Positions 49,644-62,756 of a stretch of DNA of 64,000 nucleotides are shown in pieces. The notes under the pieces were generated by a model. The model worked only from the letters and a program-made list of their open reading frames with translations. It was not told the origin of the DNA and made no database searches. Numbering within the stretch: the stretch's first letter is position 1; each line of letters starts with the position of its first letter. The DNA comes from Lingula anatina (taxonomy: Eukaryota > Animalia > Brachiopoda), in NCBI GenBank assembly GCA_051362555.1, contig CM120641.1:33610401-33674400 (forward strand), read 5' to 3'. Position numbers and translations under genes: made by a program.

Positions 49644-49875
49644 TAGAGTGAGCACAGGGGGTACAGACACTACATTAGGGGTACGGACACTACATTTGGC
49701 ACCAAATTCTTGCATATCTTTTCATAATAAGGGGTAATGTGCCATTTTCTTCCTGAAAAATAAATGTCAGTGTGGACATACATAAAATAATAAAATCAGA
49801 CAGAATATGCTGTGATTCCTAAATAAAACAGATGGGGGGGGGGGGGGGGGGGGGGGGGTACGGACACTACAAAAA
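49644..49875. repeat. TE-end-like segment with three ggggtac(a/g)gacactaca motifs and a G25 run
   Basis: Motifs at ~49657, ~49678 and ~49854; poly-G at 49834-49858. Begins TAGAGTGAGC; a TAG start is reminiscent of Academ, but this is unconfirmed. Confidence 0.5.
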
Positions 49876-50479
49876 TTAGGAGACACCAAGGGGCTCATGA
49901 TTATAAATACCGTAGCATTATTAATAATGGTTACATATGCACATCTCCTTTATTATGTTTAAGTCATAACATGGTAATAAATTCATCTTATTATCACGTA
50001 GGTGATTTCAAAGTAATATTTGGTCTTATCAAACATGTTTTTCATTGCGTTAACAAAAATAAGTAAAATGTGTACAAAAGCCTGTTTCAGCAAAATGGTT
50101 AAAATAAATTATTTCTCAGAACATTTCTTTGGAAGAACCTCCTAGAAGAGAAGACATATGTTGTGGGAATTATATACCAATATCATATTCACCATAAATC
50201 ATTGACATATATATTTAGAGAGAGAGAGAGAGAGAGAGAGCTAGTGCATCATATTTATGACCTTAATTGCAAATGACCCATCATAACAGCTAAAAATAGG
50301 TACTTTTTGAACACATAATTGTCTATATTTTTTGTAAATGATTATTATAATTCTTTTTTATTTTGCTCCTATGAACAGTGTCTTTGATATCAGTCTATCA
50401 GCAATCTCTAATCAAAAATTGTTAATTTATCAGACACTTGTAACATTAACCACATTTAATTGTTCACCCTGATTATGAA

Positions 50480-53400
50480 ACAGCCGTACTGTCAATGCTG
50501 ATACAAAAGTACATTATGCTTAACTGCAAATCCAACATCAAACTTGTAATATATATATAATGTGTAACAACCATAAGGCTTCAGGACCATGAGAGTTCAA
50601 GCGCACACTTTGAAAATACCAAAATGAGAAAAAGGCAGCAAAGCTGTCAAATGTACAGACAAAAACCAGAAAATAAAAACGCAGGAAATAGGATACTGTC
50701 AATTCTAATGTATTACGCTTACTGTAACTGCATAGCCAACATCAAATTCTTATTCTGCATGACATTGGATTAGGATGAAAGTAAAATGTGTATCAAGCAT
50801 TAGACTAAGTTCCCATACCAAGATCAATCTAACAGGATCAATCCAACTCCAAGGGGTTTCAGTTTGAGAGTCTTAGGATTCTGGCAACCCAGTTTCAGTA
50901 GGCGTGACAGACAACTAAGCCACTTACATTGACTGCAATTTAGCGAGAATTCCCATGGAGATAGATCGATCCACAGTTAGCGTGATAGGGTCTGGAAATA
51001 GTCCCTAAGGTGTCAGGCTGATAAGAGTTAAACTTTGGAAATGCCAGAATGAGGTATAGTGAAAATTACACACAAAAAAAAAATTGCTTAAACTCACACT
51101 GGTTTTCAAACACAAGCTGCACTTATGTCTTATGAAACTTTTCAGTAAGTTTCAGTATCGTAAGTAACATGGTTTTCCCTTAATCGCTATCCTGGCAGCA
51201 AAAATAGGGTTTTCTTCAACTTTCATGCAATAAAACATAATACTTAACAGCATAATGACCATCAAATTTAAAAAAAATAAAAGTATCATGAATATTCAGA
51301 AAATGTGATTTGGGAAGGTCTTCAAGGCCATGGAAGTTCAGAGTCACACTTTCAAAATGCCAAAATGTAAACAAGAGATAACTGTACTGAAATGATTTTC
51401 TTTCCATTTTCAACACCTTTTTTAAAACAAAATGATCAATAAACTGTCATTTTTTAATTTTAAACTAGGAAAATTGTTGACATAGGAAAAATATCAATAG
51501 AACAATTTTCAATGTCCAATTTGCTCCATTTGCAGATGCTGAACATAGTGAATGATTAAATCTGACAAACTGCAATGATGAGTTCCTTTCCATTTATGAT
51601 ACTTTATTATACAATGCACAATATTATAACAGGTTAACCGTCATTTTTATATAATCAACAATATTGTTAAGAAGCAGAAAATGTCAAAACAACACTTTAA
51701 CATATCTTATTAGTTCCATAATGAGACTGTTAACATGCCTAAGAATTAAATCTGAAGAAATAACAATTATATACAAAAATACAGAAAATGCACAGCACTT
51801 CTGGTGGATGGGAGTAAAAAATCACATCTTGAAGATGCTAGTATTTGAAAAATAATTTTAAAAAAATTTTAAATAAAACGTAAAAAATCCCAATAAAGCT
51901 GCTATTCAAACTTTTAATCTAGCTGTATTAACTTGATATTAATAACCCCACCAAGTTTGAGAAAAATAAAGCACTGTTATTCATCTATAGCATGTTGGCA
52001 TAACACATTCTTTTTGTTGTAAATTTATTTGCAATGTTTAACACCATTTATCTGCACAATTATCACCAAATCCTAATGTTGTGACACAGTTAAGAGAGCT
52101 AAACCTATGGGACTTTACAGGGAAATCTCAAGGAGTGTTTTATGTAATCTCATTTAATAGCCAATTGAAAATTAATGAGTAGGCAAGTGACTTAATAGAC
52201 CTTAATTTAATTAGTGATCACCCAAGGGACAATTTTATAGACTGCCATCCGTACAGTACCATTATATAGCACAAAGGTGTTGCATTCATGCTGGAAAAAG
52301 TGAAAAAACAGCATTACTTCCCGAAAAATGACCCAATCATGCTGATTTTCAAACTTGACCTGCGTATTATGAATATTCATCAGTTCTGTAAGTTTGAAAC
52401 CAAAAGGTAAAATGGTTTTCCACTTATCGTGTTATCGGTGCTGCATATATGCTGAAAAAAGTGAAAAAACAGCATAACTACCCTAAAAATGACCCGATCA
52501 TGCTGATTTTCGAACTTGACCTGCGTAATATGAATATTTATCAGTTCTGCAAGTTTCAAGGGAAAAGGTAAAATGGTTTTCCACTTATCGTGTTATCGGT
52601 GCTGTATATATGCTGAAACAAGACAGCACTGTTCTGCAATGGGTTTACTTCCATTTTTAAAACACTTTTTTAACATAAAACAAAATAAACAGTTTTCTAC
52701 CATTTGTATATGATCAACTAAGAAAATTGATGAGATGGGAAAAATATCAATAGAACAGTGTTAAATGTCCAATTTCCTCCATTCTGAGATAATGAATATA
52801 GTAGATGTTTGAATCTGACAAACTGCAATGCTATTTGTTTATTTCCATTTTTGACACTTTATAACATAATACACAATAAAAAGTTTACCATCATTTTTAC
52901 ATAATCAACTAACAATGTTATTAAGATGCAGGAAATGTCAAACAAACACTTTTATGTATCTTATTAGTTCAATAATGAGGCTGTTAACATGCCTCACAAT
53001 TGAATCTGAGGAAATGTGAAAAAACAGCATAACTTCTAAAATAATGGCCCGATTATGCTGATTTTCGAACTCAACCTGCATTTTAGTTAGTTTGACTACT
53101 CCTGTGAGTATAATGACAATTGGCCTATCTGTTTTTCTTATATTGTGTTATTAGCGTTGCATATATGTTGAAAGAAGTGAAAAAACAGCATAACTTCCCA
53201 AAAAATGGCCCGATCATGCTGATTTTCGAACTTTACCTGCGTATTATGAATATTCATCAGTTCTGTAAGTTTCAAGCCAAAAGGTAAAAAGGTTTTCCAT
53301 TTATGGTGTTATCGGTGCTGCATATATGCTGAAAAAAGAGAAAAAATAGCTTAAATTCACTAAAAATGACCCAATCACGCTGATTTTCGAACTTGACCTG

Positions 53401-56400
53401 CGTATTATGAATATTCATCAGTTCTGTAAGTTTCATGCCAAAAGGTAAAATGGTTTTCTACTTATCGTGTTATCCGTGCTGCATATATGCTGAAAAAGTG
53501 AAAAAACAGCATAAATTCCCTGTAAGTGACCCGATCATGCTGATTTTCGAACTTGACCTGCGTATTATGAATATTCATCAGTTCTGTAAGTTTCAAGCCA
53601 AAAGGTAAAATGGTTTTCCACTTATCGTGTTATCGGTGCTGCATATATGCTGAAAAAAGTGAAAAAACAGCATAAATTCCCTATAAGTGACCCAATCATG
53701 CTGATTTTCAAACTTGACCTGCGTATTATGAATATTCATCAGTTCTGTAAGTTTCAAGCCAAAAGAAAAAACAGTTTTCATTTATCATGTTATCGGAGTT
53801 GCATATATGCTGAAAATCTACAGAAAAAAAGAAAAATAAAAAGTATAACTTTTGTGAAAATGGTCCGTCCAAGCTGATTTTCTGACTTGACCTGCGTATT
53901 ATGAATATTCATCAGTTCCCAAAGTTTCAAGCCAAAAAGTAAAACGGTTTTCCACTTATTGTGTTCTCAGTGTTGCATATATGGTGAAAAAGTGAAAAAA
54001 CAAGTAATTTTTTAAAAAAATGGCCAGATCATGCTGATTTTCGAACTTGACCTGCATATTATGAATATTTATCAGTTCTGTGAGTTTCAAACCAAAAGGT
54101 AAATGGTTTTCCACTTATCATGTTATAGGTGCTGCATATATGCTGAAAAAAGTGGAAAAAAACGCATAAATTCTCTAAAAATGACCCGATCATGCTGATT
54201 TTCAAACTTGACTTGCTTATTATAAATATTTATCAGTTCTGTAAGTTTAAAGCTAAAAGGTACAATGGTTTTTCCACTTATCGTGTTATTGGTGCTGCAT
54301 ATATGCTGAAAAAATTGAAATAAAAACAGCATAAATTCCCTAAAAGTGACCCGATCATGCTGATTTTTTAACTTGACCTGCGTATTAAGAATTTTCATCA
54401 GTTCTGTAAGTTTCCAAGCCAAAAGGTAAAATGGTTTTCCACTTATTGTGTTATCGGTGCTGCATATATGTAGAAAAAAGTGAAAAAACAGCATAAATTC
54501 CCTAAAAATGACCCGATCATGCTGATTTTCGAACTTGACCTGCGTATTAAGAATTTTCATCAGTTCTGTAAGTTTCAAGCCAAAGGGTAACATGGTTTTC
54601 CTTTTATTGTGTTATCGGTGCTGCATATATGCTGAAAAAGTGAAAAAACAAGTAATTTTTTAAAAAATGGCCAGATCATGCTGATTTTCGAACTTGACCT
54701 GCATATTAAATATGGTCATCATAGGAGCAGTGCCCTAAATAGGGGTTTCTTCAAATTTTGATGCAACGTTACATAATGTTTAACAGCATAATAACCATCA
54801 AATGTTATTAATAAAATATTAGTAACATGGACATTCAGAAAACATGACAAGCAAAGGTCTTCAGGCCCATGGAACTTCAAAGTCACATCTTGAAAATGCC
54901 AAAATGTAAACAAGACAGCTCTGTCCTGAAATGGGTTTATTTCCATTTTTAACACTTTTTTAACATAAAACAAAATAAACATTTTACTGCCATTTTTATA
55001 TGACCAACTAAGAAAATTGATGAGATGGGAAAAGTATCAATAGAACAGTGTTAAATGTCCAATTTCCTCCATTCTGAGATTCTGAACATAGTGGATGATT
55101 GAATCTGACAAACTGCAATGATATGAGTTTATTTCCATTTTTGACACTTTATTACACAATACATGATAACAAGTTTACCATGTTTTTTTACATAATCAAC
55201 TAACAATGTTGTAAAGATTCAGGAAATATCAAACAAACACTTTTACACATCTAATTAGTTCAATAATGAGACTGTTAACATGCCTGATAATTGAATCTGA
55301 GGAAATGTGAAAAAACAGTATAACTTCTAAAATAATGGCCCGATTATGCTGATTTTCAAACTCAACCTGCGTTTTAGTAAGATTGACCACTCCTGTGAAT
55401 ATAATGCCAATTGGCCAATTCGTTTTTCTTATATTGTGTTATCAGTGTTGCATTTATATTGAAAAGTGAAAAAACAGCATAAATTCCCTAAAAATGGCCC
55501 AATCATGCTGATTTTCGAACTTGACCTGCGTATTAAGAATTTTCATCAGTTCTGTAAGTTTCAAGCCAAAAGGTAAAATGGTTTTCCACTTACTGTGTTA
55601 TTGGTGCTGCATATATGCTGAAAAAGTGAAAAAACAGCATAAATTCCCTAAGAGTGACCCGATCATGCTGATTTTCGAACTTGACCTGCGTATTATGAAT
55701 ATTCATCAGTTCTGCAAGTTTCAAATCAAAAGGCAAAATGGATTTCCACTTATCGTGTTATCGGTAAAAGTGCACGGCGACGGCGACGGCGGCAACGACG
55801 GCGATGACAGATGCAGATGATGGCTATATGTACAGACACATCTATGTCTGTACATAAAAATGAAAATTTATGAAATTGCATTAATGCAATAATAAACGAT
55901 AAATCAATTCAGCGGGCTTTCTAATTTGAGCTGCATGTCAAGCCTAAAATTATTCTTGTAAGTTTAAAATAATAAGTAACAGTTTTCTTTCATAACGATT
56001 GCAGTAGCAGTGCACAGAGAATATTTGTGTCAATTTTGATGTAACATTACATAATAAATTACAGAGTAATTATAAGCAATTGACTTTAAATAACATGGAC
56101 ATGTAAAAAAATTGATTACCATTCAGCTTTATGCCCGTGGGAGTTCTGAGTTCCACAATGAATATGCCAATACGATAAAAAAGAATGTTTCACTAAAATC
56201 TATAAGTTGCAGTAAAAGAAGTCAATTAGACTGCTTTTCCAATTCAGGCTGCATTTTAGTCCTGTGTTTCTTTTTTGTAAGTTTGACAATCATAAGTAAC
56301 AGTTTTTTATAAGGGACATTATGGCAGCAGAGCCCAAAATTGGGTTTTCTTCAATTTAGATGAAATATTACATAATGCTTAACAGCTTTATGACCATCAA

Positions 56401-57043
56401 TTTATAATAATAAAATATTAGTGGCATGGATATTCAGCAAATGTGAATGGCAAAGGTCTTCAAGCCCATGGAGGTTAAAAGGCACACCTTGAAAATACCA
56501 ATATACGAAAAAACAAATTTCCACAAAAAAATGTATAACTTCCAGAAAAATTAACTAAACAGACTGCTTTTCCAAAGGAAGCTGCATTTAAGGCCAATGT
56601 TTCTTTCCTGCAAATTTGAGAAGAGTGAGTGACATGGTTTTCCTTTAAGGGGCACTATGGCGGCAGTGCCTAGAATAGAGTTTTCTTCAATTTTGATGCA
56701 ATATTGCATAATGCGCTTAACAGCATAATGACTATCAATTTTTAATGTTAAATATTAGTATCATGAATATTCAGAAAATGTTACTAGTGAAGGTCTTCAG
56801 GACTATGGAACTTCAAAGTCACACCTTGAAATAGCCAAAATGTAAACAAGACAGAACTGTACTGAAATGGGTTTATTTCCATTTTAACACTTTTTTCTTA
56901 CATAAAACAATTAATTTACTATACTTTTTCAACGATCAACTAGGAAAAATTGTTGAGATGTAGAAAATATCAATAGAACAATGTTAAATGTCCAATTTGC
57001 TCCATTCTGTGATTCTGAACATAGTAAATGATTAAATCTGACT
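50480..57043 (-). mobile_element. Old C-related copy (50480-50630 plus 55859-57043) hosting a nested C (50631-55858)
   Basis: Host reads aatgagaaaa|...|tgaaaattt, contiguous at 32332-32352. The nested copy has both C ends and a long ~160-bp array (acttgacctg at 53391, 53551, 53712 and onward). Confidence 0.75.
50803..51006 (-). mobile_element. Family E MITE, diverged copy 3
   Basis: ttgactgcaatttagcgagaattcccatggagatagatcgatc is the reverse complement of the E interior. Flanked by TTA and TAA. Confidence 0.65.
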
Positions 57044-57574
57044 GCACGCGGTGATGTATAAGTTTTGCATCACATGCTTATGGTTTATTAGTTGTCCACT
57101 GATCATGTGATGGAGAGCATAGGCTCTCCATTGGCCAGTGCATTGAAAACTATTCACTGTACTTTACTACATATACTGTATGCTCCGTAATTCTTATGAC
57201 AGTCTAGCCCTTTAGTTGAGCAAGGTCGTATGAGATATACGTCCTTGGTTTGAGTATAGCCAGGGGATGGGTCAATATTAAGTAAGTTAAACATTTTTTC
57301 TTTTATAATGTACAACTTAAATTAACATAATTATTTATGTATAAATTTCTTTATAAGTGTAAATTTATTAATGTATCTTTATATTAAAGTGGCTTATTTT
57401 GTTATTTTCTTTTTCTTTTTAGGCCACCACACAAAATGCACAAATAAATATAATAAAGCACAAATGGTCATCGCTTGTTCTGTTTATTCTGTGAAAATGT
57501 GTGTGTGCTGATGATCAAATTTCAATCCCAGCGGCTATGCGCAACAGCGGCACAATAACCTGTGATCAATGACA

Positions 57575-57940
57575 GCACAAGTGGTACAGGTCAACGCCTG
57601 CATACATATCGTCTGTTCATTTCTGGTAGCACCGAGTCCGCAACAACGACACCACGAGTAGTACGGGTCATCGTCTTCGTACGTATCGTCTGTTCGTTTC
57701 TTGTCAGGGGCGGATTTAGGCTGTCTTCTGGGTCTTCTGGAAGACGGTCAGATTTTTAAGTTTACATTGACGGGTATCTAATTTTTTCTGTCGGAAGACG
57801 GTCAAAAATGGGGGATGGCGCAACAAAGATAATTTGGAAGACTGTCAGAAAATATCTCTGGATCCGCCACTGCTTGTAGCACCAAATCAGCAACAACAAT
57901 AGTGAAACTGGTACGGGTCAGCGCCTGCGTATGTCGTTCG
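57575..57940. repeat. ~77-bp CpG-rich tandem repeat (about 2.5 units), interrupted by MITE H
   Basis: gtac(a/g)ggtca at 57584, 57661 and 57911; gtagcacc...gcaacaac occurs twice. Confidence 0.7.
57705..57872 (+). mobile_element. hAT-like MITE, family H (free copy)
   Basis: TIRs caggggcggat / atccgccactg. 5-bp duplication CTTGT at 57700-57704 and 57873-57877. Confidence 0.85.
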
Positions 57941-58025
57941 ATGACAGAAGTGCGACAGATCCTCATTTACTATATTTCAATCGTTTGGCGTCCATGGACG
58001 AGTCAACGGTCAAGTCCAATGAAGA

Positions 58026-58350
58026 CAGGGTTCTCCCCAGGATTTGAAAATAGCCCTTATTTTATTTTACGCAAGAGTACCGAAGCTCGCGAAGCGAGGC
58101 ACAAAGGGGGGGGTTCGGGGATGTGCCCTCCAGAGGAAAAACTTTCATTATTTCATGCAAAAAGGGTGCAATTTCATGCAATCTGAAGCTGTCATTAAAT
58201 CGTTATAACATAGCCCACTTGCAGGACCAAATTTTGCAGGAAAATCAGGGCTAGACACTAACTTTTATGAGCACCTGTCCGAATTTCAATCCAACCTGTC
58301 CAACAAAACTAATATTTTTTCTATTCATACCACTGAACTTTGTAAATAAA
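58026..58350 (+). mobile_element. Two hAT-like left-end fragments (starting at 58026 and 58246)
   Basis: CAGGG starts (cagggttctcccc, cagggctagacac), a G-rich subterminal motif and repeated cctgtcc. Partner ends not identified. Confidence 0.4.
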
Positions 58351-58352
58351 TA

Positions 58353-60008
58353 CAGACTTGACATTTAATATGGAATATTTTCTCCAAATCACATTTAAAC
58401 AGTTTTTTCCTATTTTGCTGACTGATAAATGAAAATAAGGATTAAAATCGTGTTTTTAAAAATTTTGATAATCTGTTCGATGTCATTGTGACATCAGTTC
58501 ATTAACTGAATTCGCCAGTGAAGCAAACAAAAATGCATTGCCTATTTTGAGTCATGCGAAAGCCATTGAAAGCGATATTTTTGATCTCCATATTTTCCGA
58601 AATTATCATCTTTAAAAGAGTTACATGCCCCACAAAGGCCCCTCATGTTAGTGTTTAATCACAGCAATGGTCGCTGTTACGCTGGACCTCATCTTGCTGC
58701 TACCAGAGCTTTCAAGTGGCAAGGCATTCCTTAGGTTTGGTTTTATCTGGAATAAAATTCCAGGCACCGGTTAAAACTTGTCCAAATTGGTTCAGTTTTG
58801 TCGCAGGACATGCAGGCCGTTAATTCGGAGAGTAATGACCTACCCACACATGGTGTATGTGATTAAAATATGGCGATTTTGATGACCAGGGTAGCTGCTC
58901 ATTCCCTTGGTTCTGTAAGTTATCTGCTATTAAAAGTGCTCTGTGTGAATTGGTAATCCCATCGTGCAACCTAAAATTGTTCCTAAGGTGCCCCCTATCA
59001 AATGATGGCCAAGTGGTTCCCAGAGTATTCCTTTATTTGATCTGGTTTAGGTTTTCATCTATGACTTCCATTAGTGTTTTGGCACCAATGTGGTATCTAC
59101 TCCAAATAGTGACGCTGTCAATGACCCTAGTCACTTAATGTGTGTCACACGCCTTGTCATAGGCCTCTTCAGGATGTCTGTAAACTCTGTTTTGACCAGT
59201 TTAGCAGTATGGGTTAAATCAGACCTCAATAAAGAAAGCCACGCAGTTTCAGTGTTCTATCCAGAAACGGACATGGTCCCCAATTCATTAGAGAAACAGA
59301 CTACGCTGTTTTGCTGTTTACAGTGACTTCCTCAGAGGTTGCCTGATATCCTAACCTGCTGAAACAATTTTTGTGTTCGCTAAGAGCCTTGAAAAACGCA
59401 TTTTGGTAACAATTTGCCCCTCATCCAAAACGTACTAGGTGGTTTTGGTTTAATTGCAGCAGCATATCCTGAAGAACAATGAGTCCTGTACTTTGGTGGT
59501 AAGATGTCGATACCTTGGGCGTGGTCTCTGTGAAGGTGCATCAGTCTGGGTATAACTCAATAAAACTATGCAGACCATTCCGTTTGACACAATAATCTGT
59601 CTGGCAATGTCTGTCTTTTTCGCGCTATTCTGGCACAGCTTACACAATTCATAAAACAGTGCTTAGCTCATTTTACGCACTGTAAAACCGACCACTTGCA
59701 TGCAAAATTTCAAATTCTTCCATACAGTAGTTGCCGACATATGGTTATTTTTTGACAGAACCATGCTTCATCAAAGCCAAGCTTTGACCAGCCCAAAGGA
59801 GCCCTAGCCAATTAAATCACTGCATATTACTCAATACAACAGTGAAACAGACTTGGTAGTCAGTTAATATATAGCGCCACACCTGACTTCATACGTCTCC
59901 AGTCAGATATCTTATGTGAGATCTGATTTTAAAAAAAAAGAACACATTTTTACCTACCAGTAGATATACCTTTAAGACTGAAATATTCCATATTAAATGT
60001 CAAGTCTG
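58353..60008 (-). mobile_element. Tc1/mariner element, 1656 bp
   Basis: TA on both sides (58351-58352 and 60009-60010). Perfect 28-bp TIR cagacttgacatttaatatggaatattt. Internal Tc1 transposase remnant. Confidence 0.9.
58680..59650 (-). pseudogene. Tc1-family (DD34E) transposase pseudogene
   Basis: QRPRPRYRHLTTKVQD corresponds to the RPRSGRPR.TT..QD linker. LHDGITNSHRALLIADNLQNQGNEQLPWSSKSPYFNHIHHVW corresponds to QDNARPH...LPWPSKSPDLNPIEHVW, with 34-residue spacing and both catalytic positions mutated. Stops and frameshifts present. Confidence 0.85.
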
Positions 60009-60915
60009 TATGTGTAGTCATACATTTAATGCATTTATTGCCAAGACATTCAATTAAATGAGCCGGAAAATGCACCTTTAAGTGGATTTATTTTCAGATA
60101 AAAAGTTGTTTTTTCATACTTGTGAACTCCTGAAGATTTAATCTTGCATATAAGTCTGATTTAACATTATAAAGTTTCAATCAGGGCTTCTCCTAGGATT
60201 TTGGGTACAGGGTCTACTAATTGTAAATCTGCAATTTGATAACAAATTCACATGAAGTTTAACCAAAGCAAAAAATAAACACCCTGAGCGGCAGGTGGGG
60301 AGGGGGTACTGTTAGATTAATTTTATTAAAATATTCATAATTTATAATATTTGAATAAAGTTCAATTAAAGAATATTCATCTTATAATACTTTACTTATA
60401 TTTATGTTAACTATTCAACTTTTTAGGGGTTATCATATGTTTGATTTTCTTAAATATATGAGTTAAATCAAATCAGTATAAAAAAGTTCCCCTTTTTATT
60501 TAAATTCTCATATTTGTTATTACTAATTTCTTCCTTACATCAATATCACACTGGTATATGACAGCAATGATAATTTATCATATTCCAGCACTAAATTTTT
60601 AACTGTAAATGATATAGGTGATGATAAAGTCATTAAAGAAAACATCATACAAAATTTCAGGTTATATTTTGGCAAATAAACAATATTTCAACAAGATCTT
60701 TAGTCCCAAAGATTTCACGTTCTATTAACCCATTGTAGCCCTCGTCATCAAAACAAACGGCACCCATACTGGAGGGAGACCGGAATCGTCTGCTGCGCCT
60801 GATCATGTCTACACGTACAATTTAGTATTTTATTTCTGTGTTTTCTTTGATATTAAACCGAGTAAAATGATGAATTACTGCAGGGTATATGATAGAGAGA
60901 AGATAACTAACTTAA

Positions 60916-62568
60916 AGGATTTGCTTCATACCGTCAGAATGGCTTCAACGGAACATATTCTTCAGAAAACATGCCCAACTAACGATATCTTTATCCAAAT
61001 ACACAAATTAAAAGCTCATTTTGTAAATTTTTGGCTTTAAAAAACGTCCTATTTGCTCGGCCTGGGAATTAATGAGCTACGTGGTCATATGGTCCGATGA
61101 CGACAATCGAGCCACTGGAGAACAGAGCGTGCTTAGCTGTCAAACTGAGCTGCATTGTCTACCTGTAAGATGACTTCTCTGGCTTCTGATAAAAGTTTAT
61201 ACTCATTCAAAGTTCTTACCCGAGGGATCTAAATCCTCATGAAGCTGTGTAAAACCATTCCCATCTAGTCAATTCTTTAACAAGCATTTAATTATGGTTA
61301 TCCCAAGTTGTATAAAACACTGCATTTGAATGAGTAAAGGGTACTGTGGATTATTGCATATGAGGGCCATATTATTTGTGAAATTCAATTAATTTTATTA
61401 AACCGCTGACACTCCGTCTTGGATACTTTTCTTAAACTGAGGTAAACGATGCCCGTTACCTTTACAAGTCCCATCTTAATCATCCATCTAACTGGAACTT
61501 CCTTTACCTCTTAATTAGAGGGTTAAATGGCTGGCGATATTTATCTCAGGTAAAAATCTACCTGTGCTTTAGTTTCAAAGAGCAGCTCCTGCAGACCTGG
61601 GGGTACTAGATAAAATCTGAACACTGGGTTTATTGAGGAGCTAGAGAAACAAAGGAAGAATTTTTCCTGCACAGCTTCATAGGAATTTTACCACGGACTT
61701 GATCCAGCTTAGACCTTCTAATTAACAGGGTGACATGGGCAATTTTCATATACAAAATAAACAAATAATAAAACTATATTTCAGTTAGCCTCCTCTTAAA
61801 TAAATATACCGTTCTGGATAAATTAGAACATTTATTAAATCGACAGAAAATTTTTGACTTAAATGATTATTTTATTATTAATGGAAATTCAGCTACTATA
61901 TGGGGCACATTTGCTGAGATTACGCTGTTCTTGATGTTTTGCGTTAGTCTACATTTTGCTGTGCGTGCTTGGAATTTTTAAATTTTTTATACTCACGTAT
62001 GTAAAACTGCACATTTAGTAAACATTCAAGTAATGATTTTTCCCATGCTACTTATAGCAAACAATGCTCTTTTACCTTGATCTGCTACATGTTTTTGGGT
62101 TTGACAAAGCATACAAATTTGCAAAAAGTTTTGTGTACAGACGCAGAACTTGTATTTCAAGGTATAAAATGATAAGTCTTTTAAATTATTTTATACTTCA
62201 GATACATGTAAAATAACATTCAGAAACAAATCCTCAAAGCATAAACGAATTAGGATTACGAACCATTTTAGTACATAAGTTCCTATTTTTTTCTTTAATA
62301 TACCGCTCTTTTTTCTGTTTGTTCTTCAACACGTTTTCTTCCACGGAAGTAATGCCTGGGCATACGCATGCTTCAAGTTACCCTGAGAGCAATTACTTTT
62401 ATTAATGTTCGCGACGGTGTTTGAACTCAATTGTTTAAATATTGATATTAAACGTCATTTACAAATACCAATAAAATCACCCCATGAAATAAATGAGATA
62501 TTTTGAAAAATATGAAAGCCCACCAAGACGATTTAGATACCTGTTATTACCTGGGTTGGGAAGTGCAG
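60916..62568 (-). mobile_element. Family F copy 2 (inverted, more diverged, truncated)
   Basis: TTAA at 60912-60915, then aggatttgcttcat. Reverse complement of ~5893-7777 with internal deletions. Confidence 0.9.
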
Positions 62569-62756
62569 CGGTGCATAATTAACAGTGTAGAACTTACATA
62601 ATGGCTATGTGATAACATCTCAAACAATTATGGTAGAGTGTTGCATTGCAGTGGTTATGCAGAGGTAAACTAGCCAATCATATTTATTGGACTTGTAGCA
62701 TTGGGTCATTTGCATAACTGGCACTATAATAAAGAGCTGCACAGGTAAATGTTGAT

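Noticed and set aside
49834-49858. G25 run as a functional G-quadruplex
   Set aside because: It is an expansion of the G-tract in a repeated TE motif, and homopolymer length is unreliable in assemblies.
57562-57759. 65-aa ORF across the 77-bp repeat
   Set aside because: The period is not a multiple of 3 and the ORF runs into a MITE.
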